DNA from: an uncultured Acidobacteriota bacterium | GTDB lineage: Bacteria > Acidobacteriota > UBA6911 > RPQK01 > JAPXNP01 | Assembly: GCA_963777605.1 (NCBI GenBank) | Contig: CAVZRV010000010.1 | Location: forward strand, 96,001 to 160,000 | Direction: 5' to 3' | Length of the DNA stretch: 64,000 nt | Shown here: positions 28,981-38,285 of the stretch, one piece after another | Numbering within the stretch: position 1 is the stretch's first letter | Layout: every line of letters starts with the position of its first letter | Notes under the pieces: generated by a model | Database searches by the model: none | Told to the model about the DNA's origin: nothing | Seen by the model: only the letters and a program-made list of their open reading frames with translations | Program-made: the position numbers and the translations under genes

Positions 28981-31900
28981 ATGGAACTGCGCCTTCTCCG
29001 CTTCCGCAACCGCCCGATCATCAACCGGTTTCGACTAACCTACCTCGTCGCCGCCACCTTCTGCGTTTTGGCGTCGACTGGTGTGCCCATCCCGGGAGCA
29101 TCGACTCCGGCCGGGCCCTGGCGATCGGACCTCCTGCGTCAGCCCCCGGCTTTCGAGCTGAACCGGGGACTGGCTGACTCCTCCGTCCGCTACATACTGC
29201 GGACCGGTGCCCAGTTGGTGGCACTGGAAGAGCGCGGCTTCTCGGTCTACCTGGCGGGCGGCCCTTCCGGCTCCACTCCGGTTCGTTTTCGCTTTGAGGG
29301 CACCCTTCCCGGGGCACGTCTCGTCGGTGAGAGCACTGCTGAAGGCGTGACCAACGTCCTGGCGGGCGCCGATGGCGGAACCTGGCAAACGGGAATTCCC
29401 CGCTTCAATTCGGTCCTGTACCAGGGGCTCCTACCTGGCGCAGAGATTCGTTTTCGAACCGGAAGCCGCAGCGTGGCCTTCGACTTTCTAATGAAAGCGG
29501 GCGCCGACCCAAAAGCTGCCCGCCTTCGAGTGGAGGGAGCAAGGCGCCTCACTCTGCGCGCCGACGGCGCTCTGGAAGTCGAATCCCTGTCGGGCCGGTT
29601 TTCGCTTCTCAAGCCGACGGTTTTTCAGGAGGAAAAAGGCAAGAGAACCGATGTCCCGGGAGAGTTCGTGCTTCTCTCGGAGAACCGGGTGGGATTTCGA
29701 CTGGGGGAATACGACCGGGCGGCGCCGCTGGTCATCGACCCGACCCTGGATTTCTCGACTCAGTTTGGAGGCGGCAGTTACGAGTATGTTAAGGCGATTG
29801 CCGTTGACGCCTCCGGAATCTATTTGGCCGGCACCACTCGTTCCTGGGACTTCCCGGTCCTGAACCCGGTCCACGGATTCAACTCCGGCGGAACGGCCAA
29901 CCGGACCGACGCTTTCGTCACCAAGTTGACTCCTGACGGACGCTCCCTGGTCTATTCCACCTATCTCGGGGGATCCGACACCGACGAGGGACTGGCCATG
30001 GCGGTTGGCTCCGGCGGCGAGGTCTGGGTTGCCGGAAAGACCCGCTCCGAGAACTTTCCGACGCAGGCACCCTTTCAGGGGGCACTGAAGACCGCCGGGA
30101 AGGAAGACGGCTTTCTGGCCAAACTTCGTTCCGACGGTCGGGCCCTGCTATTTTCAACCTACCTGGGGGGCGACGAAACCGACGACATTCGAGCCATCGC
30201 ACTCGACGGGCAGAATAATCTCTTCGCCACCGGAATGACCCGCTCCGCCAACTTCCCCCTGGTGGGCGCCTGGCAGAGCACTTACGTAGACGCCTCCAAC
30301 GCCTGGACCGAGGGTAACGCCTTCGTCTGCAAATTCCCGGCCGCCGGAGGCGCTCCGGCCTTCTCCACCTACCTCGGCGGAGACGATGGGGAAATCGGCT
30401 GGGCCATCGACGTCGATGCCAACGGGGCGGTGATCGTGGCCGGGCAGACCTGGTCGCTTGATTTCCCGCTGGTGGCGGCGCTTCAGGACCGAAAGGGGGA
30501 CGGCGGACGGGTCAGCCCCGACGCATTCATCGCCAAGTTCCCTTCCAACGGCGCGGCGCCTCTCTTCTCCACCTACCTCGGGGGAAGTTTCACCGATGCG
30601 ATCTACGCCCTGACGGTCGACACCCAGGGGAACATCTACGTCACCGGGGAAACCGCTTCGACGAATTTCCCCGTCAAGAACGCATTCCAGGCCAAATACA
30701 CCGGCCCCTACACCGATGCCTTTCTCGCCAAAGTCCCTTCGAACGGTTCCTCTCTGACCTTCTCCACCTACCTGGGCGGAGACACAACCGACGAGACCGC
30801 GCGAGCCATCGCGGTGGACGGCCAGGGTGGAGTCTACGTTGCGGGTGACCTCACCCTGGTCTCGAATTATGAGGACGAGGGAAGCCTGAGAATGCACCGA
30901 AAAGGAAGCTTTCCGCTGGCCGACCCGCTCCAAAGCAACATGGCCGGGACCTCGATCGGGGCCGATAGCGCCGCCCGGTTCATCGCCACCGACGGTTTTA
31001 TTTCCCGGTTCAACGCCTCCGGCGATCGGCTGACCTTCTCCACCTACCTGGGTGGTTCCAGCGCCGACTACTTCAGAAGTGTTGCCCTGAGTTCGAACTT
31101 CGCCTATCTCTACGTCGCCGGAGACACGCAATCGACCGATTTTCCCAGCACCGGGCCTCCTGACCTGCAGGGGCCTGCACCGGAGGGCTTCGTGGCTCGA
31201 ATCGCGACCGCCCCGGGGCCGGGAGGAATGCTGGGGCCCCCGGGAGGCGCCGATTGGACGCGCTTCATCCTGGTCGACACCAACGGCAATCAGAAGCCCG
31301 ATTCCGGGGATGAACGTCTCTATTCCTCCCGGGATGGGTCGCGGGCGCAGTTCGCCAGTCCGATCTGGCCAAAGGCCTCCCAAGCTGGAACAGTGGAACT
31401 TTCCAACCCCCACCCGGTGACCGGGAAATTTCAGACCTTCACTTCTGAATACCGTTCCATCGCCGGGTCGGACGCCTCTGCTTCGGCCGCCCCCCAGAGC
31501 GGGCCGTCCCCCGCGACCTTCAACAAGGGGGAGAACCTGCTTCGGATCGTCGGCAGTGTGGCGGGCTACGACGCTGACCTGCGACCTGAACGCTTCAGCG
31601 TAATCATCGACCGGATCTCCAGCACCGGCGAAGAGGACCACTACTCAGGAATCCTCAGCGCTCTGGACGTGAACGAGGACGGCGTCTTTGACAAAGGCCA
31701 CGTGGACAGTGATTCCATCAGCATCACTTCCATGGGGCCGCTGGTCCAACTCGGAGCCGGACTGCTGAATCTCTTTCCCTCCGCCATGTCGTTGGACGTC
31801 CCCTTTCAGCGCTTCGACGTCAACGGCGACGCGAAAGACGACTACATCGGAATCGACTGGACCAACGTCTCCTCAACCCTGGCGGCCCTGGGGTTCTTCG

Positions 31901-33459
31901 GCGACTTCACCCGCCGGGTGTTCATTCCTCTCGGGGACACCAACGGCGACGGCATCGCCGATTCCCTGGCGGCGGACTTCAACAGCGACGGCGTTCCCGA
32001 CGCCGATCTTCCCGTTGGAGCCCCGCTGGCCGGACCCGCACATCCGCTGATCGAGCACTCCCTGTACTTCGCTCAATTCGGCGACGGCGTGGTGACGGGA
32101 GCGCAGATTCAAAGTCAAATCATCCTGTACAACCTTGATTCCTCCTCCGTTGCGGCCGCCCGCATCAACTTCAGGGACGGCCAGGGGCGTTCGATGACGG
32201 TACCCATCGGCGGCAGCAACGTTGCGGGCGAGACCATTCGGAACATTCCAGCCGGCGGGCTGATTTCGCTCCGTACGGACGGGGGGGCATCGCTGAAAAT
32301 CGGCTCGGTGACGGTCGCTTCGGATCGTCCGCTGGCAGGCGTCATCCTTTTTGACGGCACCATCGGCGTCTGCGGCGTAGGAAGCAGCGCAGCCAACGAC
32401 GGCGGCTTCGTGACGCCCATCGAGCGGGCAACATCTTCCGGCGTCAATACCGGGATCGCGGTGATGAACCTAGCGAATGCCGCGACCGATCTCGTCGCGG
32501 AACTCCTGGACGAACAGGGCCGGACCCTGGCTCGTTCCAGCCTTCAGCTGGCGGCACTGGGTCAAAGAGCCCTGTACGTTAACGAGTTCGACTGGGACAC
32601 GCCAGTCAATCTCGCCGACTTTTCCGGCCTGCTGCGAGTCAGTTCCTCCGGCCGGCTGGCGGCCACTGCTCTCCACAGCCGGTCCGACGAGATCGCAACT
32701 CTCCCCGTGGCCCCCAACTACGTGCCGTATGTGATGAATCCGGCGCTGGCGATTCCGGCCGTTCCGGAAAGCCGGCTGCAGCGCAGCAAGCGGCTGGCGT
32801 TCGCTCAGTTCGGCGACGGGGCCGGCGGCGGGTACACGTTGCAGAGCCAGATCCTGCTGGCCAACCTGGATCCCAACCGGACGGCTTCCGTGAGGCTGCA
32901 GATCCGGCAAGGGAACGGCACTCCATTCACCGTGGATCTGAACGGCCAGACCGTAAACGGCACCAGCGACTTCACGGTCAGTCCCGGGGGCTTGAGCGTC
33001 CTCCGAACCGATGGCTTGGGGACCCTGAGCGCCGGGTCGGTGGTGGTCGACTCGGACCAGCTGCTCGCAGGGGTGATTCTGTTCGGGGGCACCACCGGAC
33101 TGGCCGGAGTGGGAGCGGTCGGGGAACTGCCCAACGGGTTCCTGGCCCCGATCGAAACCGAGGCCGCCCGTCAGGTCGGTTCGGGAATCGCCGTCACTAA
33201 CCTGCAGGACCAGCCCGTCGACCTTACCCTCCGCCTCCTGAGCCAGACCGGACAGGAATCGGCCCGGGCATCGGTTCGGCTCGACCCGCAGGGGCATCGG
33301 GCACTGTTCGTAAACGAGCTGACCTGGAGCCGCCCGGTGAACTTCTCCAGTTTCCTGGGACTGCTGGAAGTCACGACAAATGGCCCGATCTCGGGCACCG
33401 TGTTGCGAACCCAGCCCGGCCGGCTGGCGACGATGCCAGTGACCCCGATCGGGAATTGA
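28981..33459 (+). CDS. 1492-aa secreted protein: SBBP beta-propeller repeats, DxNxDG motifs, two C-terminal ~220-aa modules
   Basis: FELNRG and PLVIDP; repeated STYLGG...IAVD..G..Y..G.T.S.NFP; DVNEDG, DVNGD, DTNGDG, DFNSDG; duplicated FAQFGDG...ATLPV. Confidence 0.92.
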   Translation: MELRLLRFRNRPIINRFRLTYLVAATFCVLASTGVPIPGASTPAGPWRSDLLRQPPAFELNRGLADSSVRYILRTGAQLVALEERGFSVYLAGGPSGSTPVRFRFEGTLPGARLVGESTAEGVTNVLAGADGGTWQTGIPRFNSVLYQGLLPGAEIRFRTGSRSVAFDFLMKAGADPKAARLRVEGARRLTLRADGALEVESLSGRFSLLKPTVFQEEKGKRTDVPGEFVLLSENRVGFRLGEYDRAAPLVIDPTLDFSTQFGGGSYEYVKAIAVDASGIYLAGTTRSWDFPVLNPVHGFNSGGTANRTDAFVTKLTPDGRSLVYSTYLGGSDTDEGLAMAVGSGGEVWVAGKTRSENFPTQAPFQGALKTAGKEDGFLAKLRSDGRALLFSTYLGGDETDDIRAIALDGQNNLFATGMTRSANFPLVGAWQSTYVDASNAWTEGNAFVCKFPAAGGAPAFSTYLGGDDGEIGWAIDVDANGAVIVAGQTWSLDFPLVAALQDRKGDGGRVSPDAFIAKFPSNGAAPLFSTYLGGSFTDAIYALTVDTQGNIYVTGETASTNFPVKNAFQAKYTGPYTDAFLAKVPSNGSSLTFSTYLGGDTTDETARAIAVDGQGGVYVAGDLTLVSNYEDEGSLRMHRKGSFPLADPLQSNMAGTSIGADSAARFIATDGFISRFNASGDRLTFSTYLGGSSADYFRSVALSSNFAYLYVAGDTQSTDFPSTGPPDLQGPAPEGFVARIATAPGPGGMLGPPGGADWTRFILVDTNGNQKPDSGDERLYSSRDGSRAQFASPIWPKASQAGTVELSNPHPVTGKFQTFTSEYRSIAGSDASASAAPQSGPSPATFNKGENLLRIVGSVAGYDADLRPERFSVIIDRISSTGEEDHYSGILSALDVNEDGVFDKGHVDSDSISITSMGPLVQLGAGLLNLFPSAMSLDVPFQRFDVNGDAKDDYIGIDWTNVSSTLAALGFFGDFTRRVFIPLGDTNGDGIADSLAADFNSDGVPDADLPVGAPLAGPAHPLIEHSLYFAQFGDGVVTGAQIQSQIILYNLDSSSVAAARINFRDGQGRSMTVPIGGSNVAGETIRNIPAGGLISLRTDGGASLKIGSVTVASDRPLAGVILFDGTIGVCGVGSSAANDGGFVTPIERATSSGVNTGIAVMNLANAATDLVAELLDEQGRTLARSSLQLAALGQRALYVNEFDWDTPVNLADFSGLLRVSSSGRLAATALHSRSDEIATLPVAPNYVPYVMNPALAIPAVPESRLQRSKRLAFAQFGDGAGGGYTLQSQILLANLDPNRTASVRLQIRQGNGTPFTVDLNGQTVNGTSDFTVSPGGLSVLRTDGLGTLSAGSVVVDSDQLLAGVILFGGTTGLAGVGAVGELPNGFLAPIETEAARQVGSGIAVTNLQDQPVDLTLRLLSQTGQESARASVRLDPQGHRALFVNELTWSRPVNFSSFLGLLEVTTNGPISGTVLRTQPGRLATMPVTPIGN

Positions 33460-33605
33460 CGATCAGCGGCAACACCGCTCCGGCTATTTCGGAACATCGA
33501 CGGGTCCTTCGACAACAGGTCCCGGGGAAGGAGCGTGGAGGAGGAATGGAGCAGATGCTCGACCTCCAGGCCCACCCCTGATTCACTTTCCTGCCGCGCA
33601 GACTC

Positions 33606-34571
33606 CTAGCCCAGGTACCAGGTTTCGCTTACCGCCTCGGGAACGAAAAAGTCGGCAACCGGTCGAGCCAGCGCGTTGCAGGCCGATCGCAGCCGCTTCA
33701 TTCTCCGGCAGGCGACCGTGGCAAGGAATTCCTGTCTGGCGCCGGGGTCCAATCCGACGGCTTCGGCCCAGACCGCTCTTCCGGCGGCGACTCCGGAACA
33801 GCCCGATTCACAGGCCACTACCACCTGACGGAGGTAGGTTTCGTAGCCGACTCCGGCTGATAGCAGGACCCAGGGAACCGGCGAGGCTTCGGAAAGTTCT
33901 CTGCAGGCGTCGGCCCAGGCCGCCTCTTCCGGCTGCCAGGAGATGTCGGCCGGGAATTCGGCTTTCAGTACGTCCACTCCATCGATCGCCAGGTTGCGTG
34001 CCGTTTCGATAACGACCCGCCTACGCTCCTCCCCGGTCACTTTGCGCGAATCAGGATCGATGGAATAGGAGAGCGGCTCCAGCATCAGGAGCACATCGTG
34101 GCGTTTGCACTCCTCGGCAACCTGTGTCACCAGATTCACGATTCCGTCGGCGGCAGGTGATTCAGGATGATAGTACACCAGCAACTTGACGGCGTCGGCC
34201 CCAGCCCGGCGTGCCTTCTCAACGCTCCACCCTTCCAGGATTCTGCTCTCACGAGCAGAGGCCGGCCCGGTATAGCCAGTCGCTTCGACGGCTACGACCA
34301 GGCCGGTGCGCGAGGGCACTGAACCAGACCTGACGCACTGTGCCACGCCAACCTCGGGGTCGAGCAGAACTGCGCTCGCGCCCGGAGCCAGACGGGATAC
34401 CAATTCTTGTTTGAAAACGGACATTTCAACCGGCGTCACGGTTTCCGGACTCGTTGGCCGCAAAGCCTTCCGCAGATTGTTTCGATGGTCCAGAGCCAGC
34501 ACGGCCACCGCCTGACGGTCCGTAGAACAGCGCTGAAGCCCTCTCAGTTTTCCAATCGTCAGAGTTCTCAT
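33606..34571 (-). CDS. lacD: Tagatose-1,6-bisphosphate aldolase, class I (LacD family)
   Basis: LALDHR, AVLLDPE, AVKLLVYY, VDVLKAEFP, PWVLLSAGV, AAGRAVW. Confidence 0.85.
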   Translation of the reverse strand: MRTLTIGKLRGLQRCSTDRQAVAVLALDHRNNLRKALRPTSPETVTPVEMSVFKQELVSRLAPGASAVLLDPEVGVAQCVRSGSVPSRTGLVVAVEATGYTGPASARESRILEGWSVEKARRAGADAVKLLVYYHPESPAADGIVNLVTQVAEECKRHDVLLMLEPLSYSIDPDSRKVTGEERRRVVIETARNLAIDGVDVLKAEFPADISWQPEEAAWADACRELSEASPVPWVLLSAGVGYETYLRQVVVACESGCSGVAAGRAVWAEAVGLDPGARQEFLATVACRRMKRLRSACNALARPVADFFVPEAVSETWYLG

Positions 34572-34724
34572 TCAGGTGCCTTCTTTCAAGCAGAATCCGC
34601 GACCCCGCGGATCCGGTTTCGTTTGAGGCCATGATATGGATCGGCGCAACCGAGTCAACTGCTGTACATCGCTCAAGGGAGAACCTATGATGGCCGACGG
34701 GAGACCAAGAAACGGAGTAACACC

Positions 34725-36170
34725 ATGAATCGAAGCATCTCGTGGGCCGCCGTAATCATATGCCTTCTACTTGGTTGCGCTTCCTGTGCGAGCCAGGATG
34801 AGTGGATCAGCCTCTTCGATGGCCGCACATTGGACGGCTGGCGAGTGGGCGAAAGCCCTGAATCCTTCCAGGTCGAGGACGGCGCCATAGTCTGTAACGG
34901 CCCCCGGGCCCATCTCTTCTACATGGGAGAAGACGGAAATGCCGCCTTCAAGAATTTTGAATTCGAGGCCGAGGTTCGCACGGATCCCGGTTCCAACTCG
35001 GGAATCTACATCCACACCAGCTATCAGGAATCCGGTTGGCCGACGACAGGATACGAAGCCCAGGTTCTGAACTCCAACCGCCCTGAAGAGAACCCGGATG
35101 ATGCCGAACACAAGATGACTGGAAGCCTATACGCAATCCGGAACATCTGGAAACCGGTCGTCCCGGATAACGAGTGGTTCAAGTATCGAATCCTGGTCCA
35201 GGGCAAGACGATCAGGATCTACATCAATGACCACCTGCTTGTCGATTACACCGAACCCGAGGAACCGTTCCGTCCTGCAGGAATGGAAGAAAGGCTCCTG
35301 TCCACGGGCACGTTTGCCTTACAGGCGCACGACCCGCGAAGTCGAGTTTCCTATCGAAACCTTCGGGTCCGTCCCCTGGCAGACGATCTCTCCACCCCGG
35401 GGAAACCACTCGACGACCCCGAACTCGGACGAACACTCATCGAGTACTCCGCCGCGAATATTCCCCTCGCCGACCTTCATGTTCATCTGAAGGGAGGCTT
35501 AACCGCCGAAAAAGCTCTCGAAAACGCTCGCAAATACGGATTTACTTACGGCTTTGCTGTCAACTGTGGCCTCGACATGACGATTCCCAGTGAGGCGGCG
35601 CTGAAGGATTTCCTGACCAACTATGAACGCATCCCGGAAACCTGGTTGGCCATGCAGGCTGAAGGCCGGGAATGGCTGCAAATCTTCGAACCTGTCTCCA
35701 TCGCACGGTTCGACTACGTGTTTACCGACGCCATGACCTGGACCAGCGATGAGGGCAAGCGGATGCGGCTCTGGATTCCCGACGAAGTGGAAGTCGGTGA
35801 ACCCCAGCATTTCATGGACATGCTGGTAGAACGGATTGAAGGTATTCTCAACAACGAACCGATTAATATCTATGTCAATCCGACCTACCTCCCCGAGGAG
35901 ATCTCCGCGAGGTACGACGAACTCTGGACCCCTGAGCGGATGGACCGGGTCATCAAGGCCCTGACCGCAAACGGAATCGCCCTGGAAATCAACGACGCCC
36001 GCAAGATTCCGAGTGCAACTTTCATCAAGCGTGCCAAAGCGGCCGGTGTGAAATTCACTTTCGGGACCAACAATGCGGGTAAGGACGATCTGGGCCATCT
36101 CGCCTACCCGCTCGAAATGGTGAAGGAGTGTGGCTTGCAGTCGGCCGACATCTGGCTTCCCAAGCCCTGA
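34725..36170 (+). CDS. DUF1080 (3-keto-glycoside hydrolase-like) domain fused to a PHP-like domain; exported
   Basis: WISLFDGRTLDGW, NSGIYIH, GYEAQV, TGSLY, ALQAHDP; then DLHVHLKGG, ALEIN, FTFGTNN. Confidence 0.88.
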   Translation: MNRSISWAAVIICLLLGCASCASQDEWISLFDGRTLDGWRVGESPESFQVEDGAIVCNGPRAHLFYMGEDGNAAFKNFEFEAEVRTDPGSNSGIYIHTSYQESGWPTTGYEAQVLNSNRPEENPDDAEHKMTGSLYAIRNIWKPVVPDNEWFKYRILVQGKTIRIYINDHLLVDYTEPEEPFRPAGMEERLLSTGTFALQAHDPRSRVSYRNLRVRPLADDLSTPGKPLDDPELGRTLIEYSAANIPLADLHVHLKGGLTAEKALENARKYGFTYGFAVNCGLDMTIPSEAALKDFLTNYERIPETWLAMQAEGREWLQIFEPVSIARFDYVFTDAMTWTSDEGKRMRLWIPDEVEVGEPQHFMDMLVERIEGILNNEPINIYVNPTYLPEEISARYDELWTPERMDRVIKALTANGIALEINDARKIPSATFIKRAKAAGVKFTFGTNNAGKDDLGHLAYPLEMVKECGLQSADIWLPKP

Positions 36171-36269
36171 TCGAACTTGTTGCGAGCCGGTCGCCGGCAG
36201 AAGAGTGCCCCCGACCGGTGACCCGCCTCACAGAAGGTTGTCCCCTGCCCGGTCGAAAATGTTCCGGAT

Positions 36270-36614
36270 ATGAACAGGAAATCGAGAGAGGGAGGTTTCA
36301 GCATCCTTTCGGTGCTGCTGGCGCTGCTCGTGATCGGACTTCTCTACGTCTGGCTTGCGGGCGGGATGCCGTCAACGGTGAATTCGGTGTCGCAGGCGCA
36401 GGTCGTCAAGAAGGCTTCCGTTGTCCTCTCCTGCCGGATGAATCTCCAGGCCGTGGACAAGGAGATTGTGACCTGGTGTGCGACCCACCCAGGCATGAAA
36501 CCCACGCTTGAGGACCTCAAGAAGTCGGGAGTCGTGATTCTCGGCTGCCCCGAAGGAGGCCAGTGGAGCATCCGGGATGGGCACGTCCGATGTTCAGTTC
36601 ACTCGACGCCGTAA
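36270..36614 (+). CDS. Small prepilin-like protein
   Basis: KSREGG|FSILSVLLALLVIGLL class III-like signal; C..NL and CPEGG.W...CSVH motifs. Confidence 0.7.
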   Translation: MNRKSREGGFSILSVLLALLVIGLLYVWLAGGMPSTVNSVSQAQVVKKASVVLSCRMNLQAVDKEIVTWCATHPGMKPTLEDLKKSGVVILGCPEGGQWSIRDGHVRCSVHSTP

Positions 36615-36620
36615 ACCGCT

Positions 36621-37364
36621 CTACTCAGGCTGGTCGATCAACTCGGCCTTGACGATGTAGTCCATCTCGGGAAACTGGAGGCGCAGGTACTCGTTTCCCC
36701 GGAGGCCGAGAAGGCGCGTCCGCGGCCCTTCTCCGATTGGGTAAAGCTCTCCATAGCTGGTATTGATCGCCTCCACGACGTCCATTCCGTCAACCACCTT
36801 CGCGACAGGAACAAACTCCCGGTCGAGGTCCTTGTTGTCTTGCAGGTTGATGAACAGCTGGCTGGTCCGGCTGTCCGGTCCCGACATGGCAAAGCTCAAT
36901 GTGCCTCGGAGATTCGACTGCTGGTTGCGAGGGTCGTCGTGAATCCACTGTTCCGACCAGATCCGGTTGATCTCAGGGTTCCCGTTGACTCCGAACTGGA
37001 CAATGAAGTCCTTGACAGCGCGGAAGAAGGCGTTGTCGTCATAGTAGCCGATTCGGACCAGGTTATAGATGCGGTCCGCGCCAATCGGCCCCCATGCACG
37101 GCGAACCTCGATCGTAAAGGCCCCCTTGGTCGTCTCAAATCGGGCCTGAAACGATTCAGGAGCCTCCTCACGGGCCAGCGTCGGGATGAGCAGGGCCGAA
37201 TTCCCAGTCCCGGGCCCTTCAGCCGGTGGAACGATCTCAACCGCAGGTGCTTCTGAAATCGGCCTGGAGGCCGGCTCCGGTGTACAGGCTGCCGCCCCCG
37301 CGAGGAACAGGAGGAGAAATAGCCAGCCCGGTTCGGCTTCTAACCAACGACGACGACTGTTCAT
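36621..37364 (-). CDS. Cyclophilin-type peptidyl-prolyl isomerase, probable lipoprotein
   Basis: FETTKG, FFRAVKDFIVQFG, SNLRGTLSFAM, SQLFINL, VVDGMDVV; AAAC lipobox. Confidence 0.92.
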   Translation of the reverse strand: MNSRRRWLEAEPGWLFLLLFLAGAAACTPEPASRPISEAPAVEIVPPAEGPGTGNSALLIPTLAREEAPESFQARFETTKGAFTIEVRRAWGPIGADRIYNLVRIGYYDDNAFFRAVKDFIVQFGVNGNPEINRIWSEQWIHDDPRNQQSNLRGTLSFAMSGPDSRTSQLFINLQDNKDLDREFVPVAKVVDGMDVVEAINTSYGELYPIGEGPRTRLLGLRGNEYLRLQFPEMDYIVKAELIDQPE

Positions 37365-37398
37365 CGGAGTCCTCCTGGATACGGGGCGTCGATCGCAT

Positions 37399-38266
37399 TT
37401 ACTGGTAGATGCACTTCGAGTTGTCCGACTTGCGATAGTAGCTCTTGAAGTTGTTCGCGTTCTTGTCGGTGCACCCTTCCAGCGCCAGGATTTCGACCTT
37501 CCGAAACTCGATCGGATGACTTTCGCTCTGCAGCGAGATCGAACCTCCGGTGAGCATCTCCCCATCCTTCTTCACACCAGGGTCGAAGTTGTCCACGTTG
37601 CCCCCGCCGATCTGCGGCTTCTGGTAAACCAACACCGTCTCTCCATTGACAATGTGCCGGATTTCCTCATTGCCCAGGACGACCGCTTCGACGCGGACCC
37701 ATTCATCTCCCCTGAACGTCTTCGACGAGGAGGTGACACAGTGCTGGGTAATCAGCTTCCCGTCCATGACAACGTTCGTACCCGGGGTACAAAGGTTGGC
37801 GTTGGGCCGATCCCCGGTTTCGTGGCCACCCAACAACTGGACTTCAATCGAAATCGGAAAGTCCTGGTCCTTCATCATGCTTTCGGGAGACTGCCCGTGA
37901 ATCATTATTCCGCTGTTCCTGTAGGCCCACTCAGGTCCCCCGGGAGCCTGCTCGCCGACAAACCGGTATTCAACAGCTATCCGGTAGTAGGAGAAGGGCT
38001 TCTCATAAAAAATGTGGCCGAACCGGTTATTGAAGGTGTCGTAGGCACCATAAGAGACCTTCATTACGCCGTCCTCCACTCGGAACGTGTTCCCGAAGTT
38101 CTCGTCGAGTGGGTATCCCGGTAATCTTCGGATGCCAACCCTTAAGCGACTTTCCGTCGAACAGCTGGATCCACTCCTCGTCATCCGGGCCCGCCCACAG
38201 GAAAGCGGCGCAGTTGAGCAGGCACAACACGATCGCAAACGTCCCAAACAGTCTGATTGGTTTCAT
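37399..38266 (-). CDS. DUF1080 family secreted protein, frameshifted near 38117
   Basis: Signal peptide + EEWIQLFDGKSLKGWHPKITG in one frame; YPLDENFGNTF...NSGIM...SLQSESHP in another. Confidence 0.88.
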
Positions 38267-38285
38267 AATCACTCCATGGAAGAAG

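Noticed and set aside
30154-31641. Long antisense ORFs (also 2856-4079, 57263-58357, 60422-61285)
   Set aside because: Expected in GC-rich DNA opposite well-supported genes; no motifs
36270-36614. Pilin as a conductive e-pilin linked to the cytochrome operon
   Set aside because: Low aromatic content, no Glu5, 13 kb away and no linkage evidence
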